Source of the DNA: Myxococcales bacterium
Lineage (GTDB): Bacteria; Myxococcota; Myxococcia; Myxococcales; JAJYLH01
Assembly (NCBI GenBank): GCA_021787845.1
Contig: JAJYLH010000001.1
Coordinates: 144,452-208,451, forward strand
DNA length: 64,000 nucleotides
Reading direction: 5' to 3'
Every line of letters starts with the position of its first letter. The first letter of the stretch is position 1. The position numbers and the translations under genes are program-made. Below are positions 9,928 to 17,344 of the stretch, piece by piece. The notes beneath the pieces are model-generated. The model saw only the letters and a program-made list of their open reading frames with translations. It did no database searches and was not told where the DNA came from.

Positions 9928-10328
9928 CGAGGCACCCGTCTTCCACCATAGCGTCCGATCGACGCGCGCGGGTCGCTCGACTCGCCCCGTCGAATTCCTG
10001 TCGACCGTGCCGAGCGTCCCGCCCGCGCTCGACGATGGCCCTCCAAGCCGAGCCGCTCCTGCCCACCAGAATAGATGCTCCTTCCCCGGTTCCTCCGAAG
10101 GCTCCTTGCCGCAGGTGACAACGCAATAGGAACGCGCTAGCACGGCCGGCCGAAAGACCAACAGCTTTCGAGGGGCGCCAGCGCACCTGTCCGCCCCCCG
10201 AACTTCGGAGGCAACATGTCACGAACTTCGCTCGTCGTATCGTTCTTGCTTCTCGTTTCGTTTCCTGCGCGGTCGCTGCCTCGCGACCTGGGTAGAAGGC
10301 CGACGCGGAAACGCACGGCGCCATCCAG

Positions 10329-10721
10329 GTGATCGCGCAGTTCGGGAAGGACATTCGCAAGGAAGCCGCGCGTTCGGAAGGTATCGTGCCGCTGTCCGCT
10401 CGAGTCGGCTGGACCGACATGGGCCTTGCGGTTCACTCAGGGCAGACGGTCCACATCGAAGGCGAAGGCACTTGGAGCGTGTCGCCCAAGTACGGTCTTC
10501 GCGACGCCGATGGGGTCACTCAGCGCAGCTTCTTCGACTACCGAATCTACAAGCACGCGAAGCTCGGCGCGCTGCTTTGCCGCGTCGTCGAATCCGACAA
10601 GATCTACGCGGGGAAGTCCCTTCACTTCATGGCCGACCGTGACGGGAACGTCTATTGCCGCGTCAACGACAGGGCGCTTGGCAACAACGAAGGGATCGTC
10701 TCAGTGCATTTCATCCGGTAG
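10329..10721 (+). CDS. PA-IL/LecA-like lectin-fold protein (possibly the 3' part of a frameshifted secreted-protein gene starting at 10216)
   Basis: 130 aa from GTG 10329. The pattern G.TV.I.GEGTW...P.G...GALLCRV...G......D.DG.VY.RVND...GNNEG.VSV resembles the PA-IL galactophilic lectin fold. A strong SD (GGAGG) plus ATG at 10216 encodes a signal-peptide-like 38-aa ORF in another frame, ending at the GTGA at 10329-10332. Confidence 0.45.
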   Translation: MIAQFGKDIRKEAARSEGIVPLSARVGWTDMGLAVHSGQTVHIEGEGTWSVSPKYGLRDADGVTQRSFFDYRIYKHAKLGALLCRVVESDKIYAGKSLHFMADRDGNVYCRVNDRALGNNEGIVSVHFIR

Positions 10722-10755
10722 AGGGCACGAAGAGACCGAACGACCTACGCGCGTC

Positions 10756-10941
10756 TCACTTCACGCCGAGCACGTTCGGCAGTTCCCACTCTTCGTGGTT
10801 CGAGTCGTTTTCGTTGAAGCCGGTCTCGTAGCTGCCGACGAAGTCGAGCGTCAGGCCGCCCTCTTTCACGGCGAGCGTCGCTTCCGAGTCTGGGGCGCTT
10901 GCTCGACGTCCCGGGGCACGCGCCCATTCTTCCGGCGTCAC
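10756..10941 (-). CDS. Small acidic hypothetical protein (61 aa), with a GTGA start/stop overlap on the upstream MFS gene
   Basis: GTG at 10941 overlaps the MFS stop TGA (10938-10940) as GTGA. The C-terminal 40 aa, ATLAVKEGGLTLDFVGSYETGFNENDSNHEEWELPNVLGVK, are Arg-free and Asn/Glu/Phe/Tyr-containing, very unlike spurious frames in this GC-rich DNA. Confidence 0.45.
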   Translation of the reverse strand: MTPEEWARAPGRRASAPDSEATLAVKEGGLTLDFVGSYETGFNENDSNHEEWELPNVLGVK

Positions 10942-12422
10942 GCCTGTTTCCGGCGGTTTCCGGGAGCGCGGGGCATCGGTGCGGCGGAGGCGGAGGATGG
11001 CGAGGCCGAGTCCGGCGCGGGCTGGAGGTGTGCGGACCGCGCGAGGTAGCGGCCGAGCTCGGTGATGCTCCGCGCTCCGGGTTCGGTCAGGCGCAGCGCG
11101 AGGGCCACCGCGAAGAGGCGCAGGCCGAACGACAGCGCGAACAGCGCCTGGAAATTCGCGAACGGGTGGCCGAGGACCAGGAAGTGCCGCGGGAGGCCGC
11201 CGGCGATGAGGCCTCCAACCGCCGCCGCGACCGCGAAGGGAATCCCGGCCGCCGCCGAGAATGCCGCGAGGAAGAACGGCCGCCCCTCGCGCGGCGCGAG
11301 CGAGAGCGGGAGCTGGAACGTCGCGAGGTTGTGGCCGCTCCAGAGGATTCCGGTGAGGACGGCGTCCACGCCGACCGGCCAGAGGCGGGCGGGCGTCGGG
11401 AAGAGCCAGACCAGGGGAATCATCGTCACCAGCGCGGAGCAGACGACGACCACCGGCCGCGCGCCGAACCGGTCGATGGCCCGTCCCCAGAAGGGTGCCG
11501 CGAGAATCCGCAGCGTCGCGGTGACGATGCCGAGCAGCGCCAGGGTCGTGAAGGCGAGCCGGAGATCCTGGAGCTCGAAGACGATGAAGAAAGCGCTGGA
11601 GAGGCCGATGGCGACGTTCCACGAGCCGAGAAAGGCGATGAGGCGGCGTGCTGCCCGGTGGCCGAACGGGCGCAAGAGGGTGCTCCAGGTGAACGGCGCC
11701 GCTGGTCCGCGGCCGGGATCGTGCTGGCGGCGCATGAGGAAGAACGAGAGGGTCCCCGAGAGGCCGGCGATCAGCGCCAAGAGGGAGAGCCCGAGGTTCT
11801 CGCTGCCCCTCGCGCGCGTGAAATCCAGCACCGCGCCCGCGCCCAACGAGCCGACCGCGCCGGCGAGCGTACACATCGCCGTCCGCCGGCCGAAGTAGCG
11901 GCCTTGGATCGATGACGGCACGAGCTCGCCCATCCAGCTCGTCCAGGCGTTGTTTCCGATGACCGCGAGAAGGGCGCTCGCGCCGCTCACCGCTAGGAGC
12001 ACCGCTTCTTTCGAGGTGTTCGCGAGCGGAAGGAAGGGGAGCGCCACGAGCGGCCAGAGCACCTGCCGGGAGAGCGCGACGGTGACGATGGCCAGGCGGC
12101 GGCTGCCGGTGCGGGAGGTCAGCCAGGCGGCGGGGAACTGGGCCCACGACGACCAGAAGGGAAGTGCCGCGACGATGCCGAGGACCAGCGCGCTGGCGTG
12201 CAGGTGGAGTGCCCAGGCGGTGAGGACCGCGCCGCCGGCGGTGGCGTTGACGACCTCGGCCGTCATCCCTTCGAAGACGCTGGAGACGAGGGAACGGCGG
12301 AGGCGGCCGCGGACCCAGCCGACGCGGGATGGCACGGCCGGCGTCGCAACGGCGGGCGCGGGCGCAGCGGCGAAGGGACCGGCGGCGGGGACCGTGCTGC
12401 CGCTGCGAAAACCTCCGACCAT
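10938..12422 (-). CDS. MFS transporter
   Basis: About 12 hydrophobic segments, with a cytoplasmic-loop-like GRYFGRR and FWGRAIDRFGARP between TM pairs (MFS signature-like). The start at ATG 12422 is uncertain; the upstream part of the 658-aa track ORF crosses repeat DNA. Confidence 0.65.
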   Translation of the reverse strand: MVGGFRSGSTVPAAGPFAAAPAPAVATPAVPSRVGWVRGRLRRSLVSSVFEGMTAEVVNATAGGAVLTAWALHLHASALVLGIVAALPFWSSWAQFPAAWLTSRTGSRRLAIVTVALSRQVLWPLVALPFLPLANTSKEAVLLAVSGASALLAVIGNNAWTSWMGELVPSSIQGRYFGRRTAMCTLAGAVGSLGAGAVLDFTRARGSENLGLSLLALIAGLSGTLSFFLMRRQHDPGRGPAAPFTWSTLLRPFGHRAARRLIAFLGSWNVAIGLSSAFFIVFELQDLRLAFTTLALLGIVTATLRILAAPFWGRAIDRFGARPVVVVCSALVTMIPLVWLFPTPARLWPVGVDAVLTGILWSGHNLATFQLPLSLAPREGRPFFLAAFSAAAGIPFAVAAAVGGLIAGGLPRHFLVLGHPFANFQALFALSFGLRLFAVALALRLTEPGARSITELGRYLARSAHLQPAPDSASPSSASAAPMPRAPGNRRKQA

Positions 12423-12667
12423 CGCCGCCAGCGAGGCGAGCGCGTTCAGCGGCGACTTCAATCCACGGCGAGGGGAAGCGGCGGCAGCCACGGCGAGACG
12501 CGACCGGACGCGACGGGCGTCCAACGCACGGCCGCGCAAGGTGGCACGCCCCCGGTCTGGCCGCAAGCGAGAGCCGAGCACCCGCCCGCCGGCCGCCGGT
12601 CGGTGCCGTATTCGTTGGAGCCATGCCTGTCCGGCTGACACACTCGCCACTGCTTGATCTCTACCCC

Positions 12668-12709
12668 GGCCGAAATTGGAGCTGGACACGTCATCTGTCC
12701 GGGTACAGG
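12668..12709. repeat. GGAGCCGGACACGTCAGTGTCCGGGT hairpin-repeat family, copy 1
   Basis: ggccgaaattggagctggacacgtcatctgtccgggtacagg is nearly identical to 22724-22764. Confidence 0.85.
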
Positions 12710-12773
12710 CTCGGCAGACGTGTTTCGCAAGGCCAACGCCAGGCCGCCGCCAGCGGGCGCACGCCCAGCCCGC

Positions 12774-12805
12774 ACCCGGACACTGACGTGTCCGGCTCCA
12801 TTCAA
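12774..12805. repeat. Hairpin-repeat family, copy 2 (inverted orientation)
   Basis: acccggacactgacgtgtccggctccattcaa. Stem ccggacac/gtgtccgg with loop tgac. Confidence 0.85.
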
Positions 12806-12948
12806 AACGCCGTTGTGCACAGAGACAGCGTCGAGCCAAGAATCGTCGGCCGGGCGGGGACGCCGGGCACCACCGTGTGCCGGGTGGCGACGCGTTGGTT
12901 TGAGTTGCGGGCATCGGCCCGCGCTACACGCATTCGAACAGCCAACTC

Positions 12949-13020
12949 GTAGGATGGGCAGAGCGCAGCGAAGCCCATCGTTGCGGCGCTCGCCGATGGG
13001 CTTCGCTCCGCCCATCCTAC
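12949..13020. repeat. 72-nt near-perfect palindrome (long hairpin)
   Basis: gtaggatgggcagagcgcagcgaagcccatcg ttgcggcgctcgc cgatgggcttcgctccgcccatcctac. The arms pair over about 27 nt with two bulges. Confidence 0.8.
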
Positions 13021-13290
13021 GGTTTTGGGTTGCGGGCGTCGGCTCGCGGCAAGCTGAGCAGAAACGGCGGGGGACGAGCCCCCGCCCTACAACGATCGAC
13101 CGGCAGGTGTGTGAACCGGACAGGCATGGGCTCGAACCTTCCATGGTCCGCAGGTACGACGAGCGCGGAGCGGATTGCGAGCGAAGGCTCGGGACTCGGC
13201 GTTCGGCTTGCTTGCCGCGGCCGCTTGCCAAGCGAGGGCGGCTCGTCTAGGCTGCGCGGTTTGGCGAGCCGATGCCCGCGGAGAATCACG

Positions 13291-14223
13291 ATGGACGAGG
13301 AAGCGATCCGGCCGGGAGAAGAGCTGTTGAACGACGCGTACGACGCGGGACAGGACGACGATTACGAGCGGGCGCGCTCGCTCATGGCGCAGTTCGACGC
13401 GACCGGTCCGCACGACCTCGACCTGCTCGCGCGCCGGCACGTGCTCGCGGCGCTGCTGGCCGAGCGCGACGACCCGGCGACGATGCGTGCGGAGTTGGAG
13501 GCGGCGCTTGGTTACGCCGAGGAGGCGGACGACGACTGGGAACGCGGTCGGATCTTCGTCGCGCAAGCTCGGGACCTGGCGCGCACGGGCGACGTCGAGG
13601 GCGCGCTGGCGCTGTTGCGGCGCGCGGACGCTCTCTACGACCTGTACGAGGAGCCGGAGTACGAGCGCTGCCATGTGCGGATCAACGTCGTGAAGATCCT
13701 CGACAATGCCGGCCGCTCGTCAGAAGCGATCGACACGGTCCGCGAGGCGGTCGATCTGATGGGCCAAGCGGGGGACACCGACGAGCAGCACTCGTTTGCC
13801 GAAGACCTCGCGCGCCGGCTGCAGAAGCTGAAACGTCATAGCGAGGCGATCGACGCTTGGCAAGAGGCGGCGCGACTGGCGCAGGAGATCGGCAACCAGC
13901 CGCATCGTGCCTATGCGATAACGCAGATGGCGTTCTCCGAGGCTGCGCTGGAGCAGCTCGACGACGCGCTGGCGCATTTGTTCGAGGGACACCGGCTCTT
14001 CGTCGAGGCCAAAGACCAACTGGGCGCTGGCCTCGCCGGGGGGCAGCTCGCGTCGTTCCTGCTCCTGCACGACAAGGGAACGCCGGAGCAGGTTTCCGCT
14101 CTCTTGAGCGAGTCGGCTCAGAGGCTGCGCGAGGCCGGCCATGAAGGAGGCGTCGCCGAGACCGAGAAGCTGATCGACTCCGTCAACGAAGTTCTCGCTC
14201 ATAACCCCAAAGCGATGGCCTGA
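13291..14223 (+). CDS. TPR-like helical repeat protein (acidic, cytoplasmic)
   Basis: ATG at 13291 (MDEEAIRPGEELL). Repeated A..Y/A...G....A helix-pair pattern with a D/E-rich composition. The upstream part of the track ORF lies in repeat DNA. Confidence 0.5.
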   Translation: MDEEAIRPGEELLNDAYDAGQDDDYERARSLMAQFDATGPHDLDLLARRHVLAALLAERDDPATMRAELEAALGYAEEADDDWERGRIFVAQARDLARTGDVEGALALLRRADALYDLYEEPEYERCHVRINVVKILDNAGRSSEAIDTVREAVDLMGQAGDTDEQHSFAEDLARRLQKLKRHSEAIDAWQEAARLAQEIGNQPHRAYAITQMAFSEAALEQLDDALAHLFEGHRLFVEAKDQLGAGLAGGQLASFLLLHDKGTPEQVSALLSESAQRLREAGHEGGVAETEKLIDSVNEVLAHNPKAMA

Positions 14224-14274
14224 AGCGGTCTGCGGCCGAGGTTGGAACCGGCCGCGGCCGACGCACCCCCCGTC

Positions 14275-14313
14275 GATCGGACCGATCGGTCGGATCGGTC
14301 GGATCGGTCCGAT
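14275..14313. repeat. GATCGGWCN 9-bp tandem array, copy c
   Basis: gatcggacc gatcggtcg gatcggtcg gatcggtcc gatggg. Lies between the convergent genes ending at 14223 and 14410. The hairpin gcggccg...cggccgc precedes it. Confidence 0.9.
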
Positions 14314-14409
14314 GGGCGGCAGAGCGCGCGCGACAGGAGACGAGCGGTGGTTCCAACCCGAGCGTCCGGCTAGCCCGTATCCGGCGCAGCTCGTACGCCC
14401 GGCGCGGGT

Positions 14410-15300
14410 TCATCGGACGGCGAGCACGGCCCCGGCGAAGCCCATCGCGATGGCCGCGCCACGCCGCCAGGAGAGCGGTTCGCGCAGGAACACGGTGGCG
14501 AAGAAGAGCACCAGGAGCGTGCTCGTCTGATTGAGCACCCCCGCCACGCCCGCGGCGGCGTACTTGAAACCGGCGACCCAGACGATGAGCGCGAGATAGG
14601 CGCCGACGAAGGTGGCCGGGAGCATCGCCTTCCAGTGCGGCCCCGGGGTGAACGCCTGTCGGACCTGCGCCCGCTGGCGGGGGAACGCGCCCTGGAGCAT
14701 CAGCACCGGAAACGCGCCGGCCATGCGGACCGTCGTCGCCCAGAGCGGGTCGACGCGCTCGATCACCGGCTTCGCGACCACGATCGACGCGGCCATCAGG
14801 GCCATCGAGACGACGCCATACGCGATGCCAGCGGTCATCTCGCGGGTCGGCCGGCCGGGTCCCTCTGGCTGCCAGGTTCCAACGAAGATGGCACCGCCGA
14901 TGAGCACCGCCGCGCCCGCGAGCGCCGGACCGATGGGCTCGTCGAGGTAGACGAACGCGCACAGGATGACGAGTGGGCTATAGAGACAATCGACGATGGC
15001 CGACCGGCCCGCGCCCAGGCGGTTCAAGCTCGCGAAGAAGAGCGTGTCCGCCGCCGCGATGCCCACGACGCCGCTCGCGAGCAGCACCGCCCAGTCCTTT
15101 CCCGTGGAGCCCTTGGGGAACAGGGGCGTTCCCAGGATCAGCATCGTCGCGCAGAGGAGCACGAGCCCGACGGAATTCTTGAACAGGTTGAGCGCGCCGG
15201 GCGCCACCGTCTCGCCGCTTTGGCGAAAGAGGACGACCGCGACCGCCCACAGCACGGCCGAGGCGGCCGAGTAGGCTTCACCCGTGCCCGCCAACGTCAT
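14410..15300 (-). CDS. DMT superfamily (EamA-like) transporter
   Basis: ATG at 15300 (MTLAGTGEAYS). 296 aa with about 10 hydrophobic helices in two similar halves. The remainder of the 952-aa track ORF is antisense to the next gene. Confidence 0.7.
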   Translation of the reverse strand: MTLAGTGEAYSAASAVLWAVAVVLFRQSGETVAPGALNLFKNSVGLVLLCATMLILGTPLFPKGSTGKDWAVLLASGVVGIAAADTLFFASLNRLGAGRSAIVDCLYSPLVILCAFVYLDEPIGPALAGAAVLIGGAIFVGTWQPEGPGRPTREMTAGIAYGVVSMALMAASIVVAKPVIERVDPLWATTVRMAGAFPVLMLQGAFPRQRAQVRQAFTPGPHWKAMLPATFVGAYLALIVWVAGFKYAAAGVAGVLNQTSTLLVLFFATVFLREPLSWRRGAAIAMGFAGAVLAVR

Positions 15301-15447
15301 GCGAACAAAGACCTCCCCGCCCGACCGTCGCCGGGCGCGGCAGGATAACCGTCCGAGGCGAGACAGGCCAGGGCCTTGCCCTTGCGTACGCGCGGAGGGC
15401 ACGCCTCGCCGCCGGCGTTGTGCTAGGCTCGCGGCCCGGAGGATTTC

Positions 15448-17298
15448 ATGCTGCGTCGATCGGTCCCTGTCGTTGCCGCCTTCCTGTTCCTCGCCTCGAG
15501 TGCCGTCGCGACCGCGCCGCAGGTGCCGGACGAGTTGGTCTCCACCGGCCGGCTCCTCGACGCGAACGACCGCCCGCTCAGCGGGATGCAGACGCTGACC
15601 TTCGGTCTGTTCGCCGCGTCGGTGCAGCCGCAGACGCCCGACGAGCCGGTCTGGAGCGAGACGTACCAGGTCCAGTGCGACGCGAGCGGCCTCTACCGCG
15701 TCGTGCTCGGCGGCTCCACCGACGACTCCGGCGCGACCGGGAAGAAGCCGCTCGATCCGTCCGTCTTCGCGGAGAACCCGCAGCTCTATTTGCAGGTCAA
15801 GGTCGGCGCCGTCACCCTCTCGCCGCGGATCGCCATCGGCAGCGTGCCCTTCGCGATGTTCGCGAGCGTCGCCGGAGATGCCGACACGCTCGGCGGCCAT
15901 TCCCCCGACTACTTCGCGACCGCCGCGTCGGATGCGTCGAAGCTCGCGGCGGTCACCGCGCAGGCGCCGCTCGCCGTCGACACGACCGACCCGACGCATC
16001 CGGCGCTCTCGATGGCGCAGGCGTCGGCGACCGCCGATGGGTACCTCGCACAAGGCGACTTCGCGACGTTCGAGGCGAAGCTGAGCGACGTGACGGCCCA
16101 GGCGCCGCTTGCGGTCGATGCCAGTCAGCCGACGCATCCCGTGCTCTCGATGGCACAGGTGTCGGCGACCGCGGATGGCTTCCTCGCGCACGGCGACTTC
16201 GCGCGCTTCGACGCGAAGCAGGACGCGCTCAGCATGTCGCCGCCGCTCACCCTCGACGCGAGCGGGCACGTCGGGCTGAACACCGGCTCGACGCTGTCGC
16301 TCGACGCGAACGGCGCGCTGGGCGTGACACCGGGAACGTACATCGAGAACGGCACCTCGACCCAGCACGCGTCGTTCGCCATCGACGGCAACGGCGCGGT
16401 CGGGACCCTGACGACGACCGGCGCGGTCGGCATCGGAACTCCCTCGCCGATGGAGGAGCTCGATGTCGCCGGCAACGTGCGCGCCGCGAGCTTCTACATT
16501 CGGAAGATGACCCTGCCGGTCGACGGCAAGTGGTACAAGGTCGCGGAAGTGGGAGGCGAGTGGGGGCGCATCGCGTACATGTACGACAACCCCAGCGGCA
16601 ACAATCCAGTGCTGTCGAGCGGCGAGATCATGGTGATCAACGACAACTTCGCCCTGCGGATGCACAGCTTCGCTTCTCAGTACGGCCAGAACAACAACCT
16701 CCAGTTCGCCCGCAGTGGCAACGCGGCCGAGTCGGGAGTGATCTGGGTCAAAGCGGCGGGCACCTCGAGCGGAACCTTCTACGTCACCGAAAACCAGAAC
16801 TGCACTCTCGACCTGGATGGGACGAACGTCGACACGCCGCCGGCGGGTCCCGGACAGGTCATCTACCCGCGGCTCGCCGGGAACACCGAGACGTACAGCT
16901 CGACCAACCTCGCGGTCGATGGAAACATCGCGGCGGGAGGAGACGTGTCCGCTTATGGCGAGACGCTGACCAACACGGTCAACGTGCAGTACTCCTTCAC
17001 GAAAGCGAGCGCCAACGGGGTCTGCCCGTCGGGCAGCCTGGCGGTCTACACACCATGGGCGTATCGCGGTCAAACCGGCGATCAGATCTGCGGCGCGACC
17101 CGCAGCCACAAGACGTGCGCAGCGGTGAAGTACGTATACGGAACGATCGCGGGAAACTTTGGTACCTATCCCCAGGGCGATATCACTTGTCCTGCCGCGG
17201 TGAATGATCCATGGCCCTGGGGAAGCTACGACACGAGACCAGACACGCTCGACAGCGAGTGGGGACACCCGGATCTATACGTCGTGTGCTGTCAGTGA
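15448..17298 (+). CDS. Secreted phage-tail-fiber-like repeat protein with a Cys-rich C-terminal domain
   Basis: Signal peptide MLRRSVPVVAAFLFLASSAVATA. The N-terminal domain (...TLTFGLF...VWSETYQVQCDASGLYRVVLGG...NPQLYLQVKVG...LSPRIAIGSVPFA) and the S.TADG.L...DF..F.AK motif are typical of tail-fiber-domain proteins as I recall them. The C-terminal ~130 aa contain 8 Cys and end ...YVVCCQ. Confidence 0.6.
   Translation: MLRRSVPVVAAFLFLASSAVATAPQVPDELVSTGRLLDANDRPLSGMQTLTFGLFAASVQPQTPDEPVWSETYQVQCDASGLYRVVLGGSTDDSGATGKKPLDPSVFAENPQLYLQVKVGAVTLSPRIAIGSVPFAMFASVAGDADTLGGHSPDYFATAASDASKLAAVTAQAPLAVDTTDPTHPALSMAQASATADGYLAQGDFATFEAKLSDVTAQAPLAVDASQPTHPVLSMAQVSATADGFLAHGDFARFDAKQDALSMSPPLTLDASGHVGLNTGSTLSLDANGALGVTPGTYIENGTSTQHASFAIDGNGAVGTLTTTGAVGIGTPSPMEELDVAGNVRAASFYIRKMTLPVDGKWYKVAEVGGEWGRIAYMYDNPSGNNPVLSSGEIMVINDNFALRMHSFASQYGQNNNLQFARSGNAAESGVIWVKAAGTSSGTFYVTENQNCTLDLDGTNVDTPPAGPGQVIYPRLAGNTETYSSTNLAVDGNIAAGGDVSAYGETLTNTVNVQYSFTKASANGVCPSGSLAVYTPWAYRGQTGDQICGATRSHKTCAAVKYVYGTIAGNFGTYPQGDITCPAAVNDPWPWGSYDTRPDTLDSEWGHPDLYVVCCQ
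15943..16218 (+). repeat. Intragenic 138-bp tandem duplication (2 units) inside the tail-fiber-like gene
   Basis: Unit 1 (15943-16080) encodes LAAVTAQAPLAVDTTDPTHPALSMAQASATADGYLAQGDFATFEAK. Unit 2 (16081-16218) encodes LSDVTAQAPLAVDASQPTHPVLSMAQVSATADGFLAHGDFARFDAK. Confidence 0.9.
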
Positions 17299-17344
17299 CG
17301 CGCTTGGGTGATGGTTCGCGCGTCGACCCAGGTCGCGCCCAGCC

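Larger units (their letters stand above)
12617..13133. mobile_element. MITE-like composite palindromic element bounded by about 27-bp imperfect inverted repeats
   Basis: The left end ggagccatgcctgtccggctgacacac (12617-12643) is the reverse complement, at about 24 of 27 positions, of the right end gtgtgtgaaccggacaggcatgggctc (13107-13133). The interior is made of hairpin modules also found elsewhere in the window. It has no coding capacity. Confidence 0.45.

Noticed and set aside
10745-10927. A 60-aa minus-strand ORF (MGACPGTSSKRPRLGSDARRERGRP...) overlapping the small acidic ORF
   Set aside because: Its Arg-rich composition is typical of an off-frame. The alternative frame (10756-10941) has a far more protein-like sequence and a GTGA overlap with the MFS gene.
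15301-17268. The upstream two thirds of the 952-aa minus-strand ORF 14410-17268
   Set aside because: Only the last 296 codons (from ATG 15300) form a coherent DMT transporter. The rest is antisense to the tail-fiber-like gene and is Arg-rich.
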